From the NCBI GenBank assembly GCA_002633005.1, contig NMRA01000579.1:219120-265324 (forward strand): a stretch of 46,205 nucleotides of DNA, written 5' to 3'. The position numbers and the translations under genes are program-made. This document shows, piece by piece, positions 44,807-46,205 of this stretch. Within the stretch, counting starts at the first letter, position 1; the number at the start of each line of letters is the position of its first letter. The notes under the pieces were generated by a model, which saw only the letters and a program-made list of their open reading frames with translations, made no database searches and was not told where the DNA came from. This stretch comes from Phoronis australis. Its lineage: Eukaryota > Animalia > Phoronida.

Positions 44807-46205
44807 AAGGAGAACGCCACCCGATTTAATTAGTATTTTTTGCCATCTTAATCGGTCTATATCCACATCGCCTCGCATACGGTCGACCTTACTTTGCCAA
44901 GAGGTGTCGCGTTAATCTGTAAGGAAGGTGAGAAACGACGCTAGCGACGTCAGCGGTTCATATGCAGAGTGAATGCCACTATGTTGCGGTCCATCGTTCC
45001 TGCTTGTCCGAACTAAGCAGCTGCGAGGAAAGCGGGTATATGATTATTTTTACTTCCTCGAAAGTCCGAAATGCTTAGGAAGTGGCTCATGGTAGTGAAG
45101 AATGAAATATACACTGTAAATAGCAAGTATGAGGCCGTGAAACATCTCCGTGTTTGTGGCCTGCAGACGTCGACAGTGCCTGACGAATGCCAGCTTATCA
45201 AATAACTCTATACGTTCCATTGTCTGAGCTTGTTCACGGCACCTCTCTAGTATTTCTTCATCACTGTATTCCTGTTCGAATTGATAGCCTGTAAAACTTA
45301 ACGATCCACCTACGAAGTTGAGACTGAGGAGCTCTAGCTCGTCCTAAGTCGGGACTGCGACTGAGTTGCCATGTTGACCTTTATTACTGAGCGTACTGTT
45401 TCAAAATGAATTATTCTCACCCTAACCAATACAGAATTTGTTAAATGCACGACACTTTTCATTGTTCACAATCTTTATTCCGTTGTGTTCATACTTTCAT
45501 ACCCATACTTATATAAAACTGAAACAAAGTCTGTCTCATTAGATGCAATTTGTAATGCCTTTGGAGTGTTCGTGAGTGCAAATGATTTGAGAAGCCAGCA
45601 ATGAATAAATCACTGCGTACGGCTTTAGGTGCCGCAATAAAACTCATTGACGGGACACCGAAGCCGTGTGAGCTCATGCTAATTTAGTGTTTGCTGGCAG
45701 AAACTGTTGTAAAACAACTTGATTTCCATCCCACGGCCAGGTGTTAAGGGAATCTTTATTTACATTTACATTACTCAAATAATGATTGTCAATGTACAAC
45801 TTCTGCCCTGACGGTGCTGTGGCCAAAGCGGAACGAGTAAGTAGATTTGCAGTTTCGTGGCTAATTCACCAACATAATCAGGTGCACATTACTTTGGCTC
45901 ACTAGTTTAGTATTTTCTTGACTGGTTTATGTTCGTGATGTCTGATCAGGCTCCGAGCCACTGGCCAGGATAACTAGCGTTTTGTGTTTAGAAATCAAAA
46001 AATCACAAGTCTAAACAACACAGATCTAGGTTCTCCTGTCTGCATCTCACGGAAAATACTTCGAAATTATCTCCGAACAGATCCCAAACTCCTGCTACTG
46101 ACCTTATTGGCCTGCCGAACTTTGTAGGCTACGGTGTGTCCAAATACCAATAAATCCGTAAGAGCGAAATAAAACAACACGTTTTTATAAGAATTCGGTG
46201 TTTTT

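Noticed and set aside
1-46205. tRNA, rRNA, SINE heads, prokaryotic operons or defence systems
   Set aside because: No cloverleaf or A/B-box pair, rRNA signature or operon-like gene density was recognised by eye. tRNAscan-SE or Infernal would be needed to exclude small RNAs formally.

Overview
AT-rich, repeat-dense eukaryotic DNA. The repeat content resembles a marine invertebrate genome, but the taxon is inference only. No prokaryotic genes, rRNA, tRNA or CRISPR array are visible. The dominant feature is one uninterrupted 10.4-kb minus-strand ORF (1915-12336, 3473 aa) with a good Kozak start, an upstream splice acceptor and a downstream AATAAA. It is built from nested repeats: ~38-aa units inside ~300-aa halves inside ~800-aa super-units. 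It carries five copies of a conserved 59-aa module that aligns by eye, without gaps, to the CNC/Skn-1 helical bundle but lacks the basic region and zipper. The rest is non-coding or decayed: a 1.63-kb tandem duplication split by an N (possibly a haplotype artefact), a Harbinger-type MITE, a decayed L1/Tx1-like RT preceded by a 27-bp minisatellite, and a tandem Helentron-type (HINE-like) element whose ~150-bp monomers each carry a CTCF-like motif. There are also a 1.8-kb spacerless diverged palindrome and a long A-rich strand-biased duplicated region containing a 765-bp solo LTR with a 5-bp TSD.
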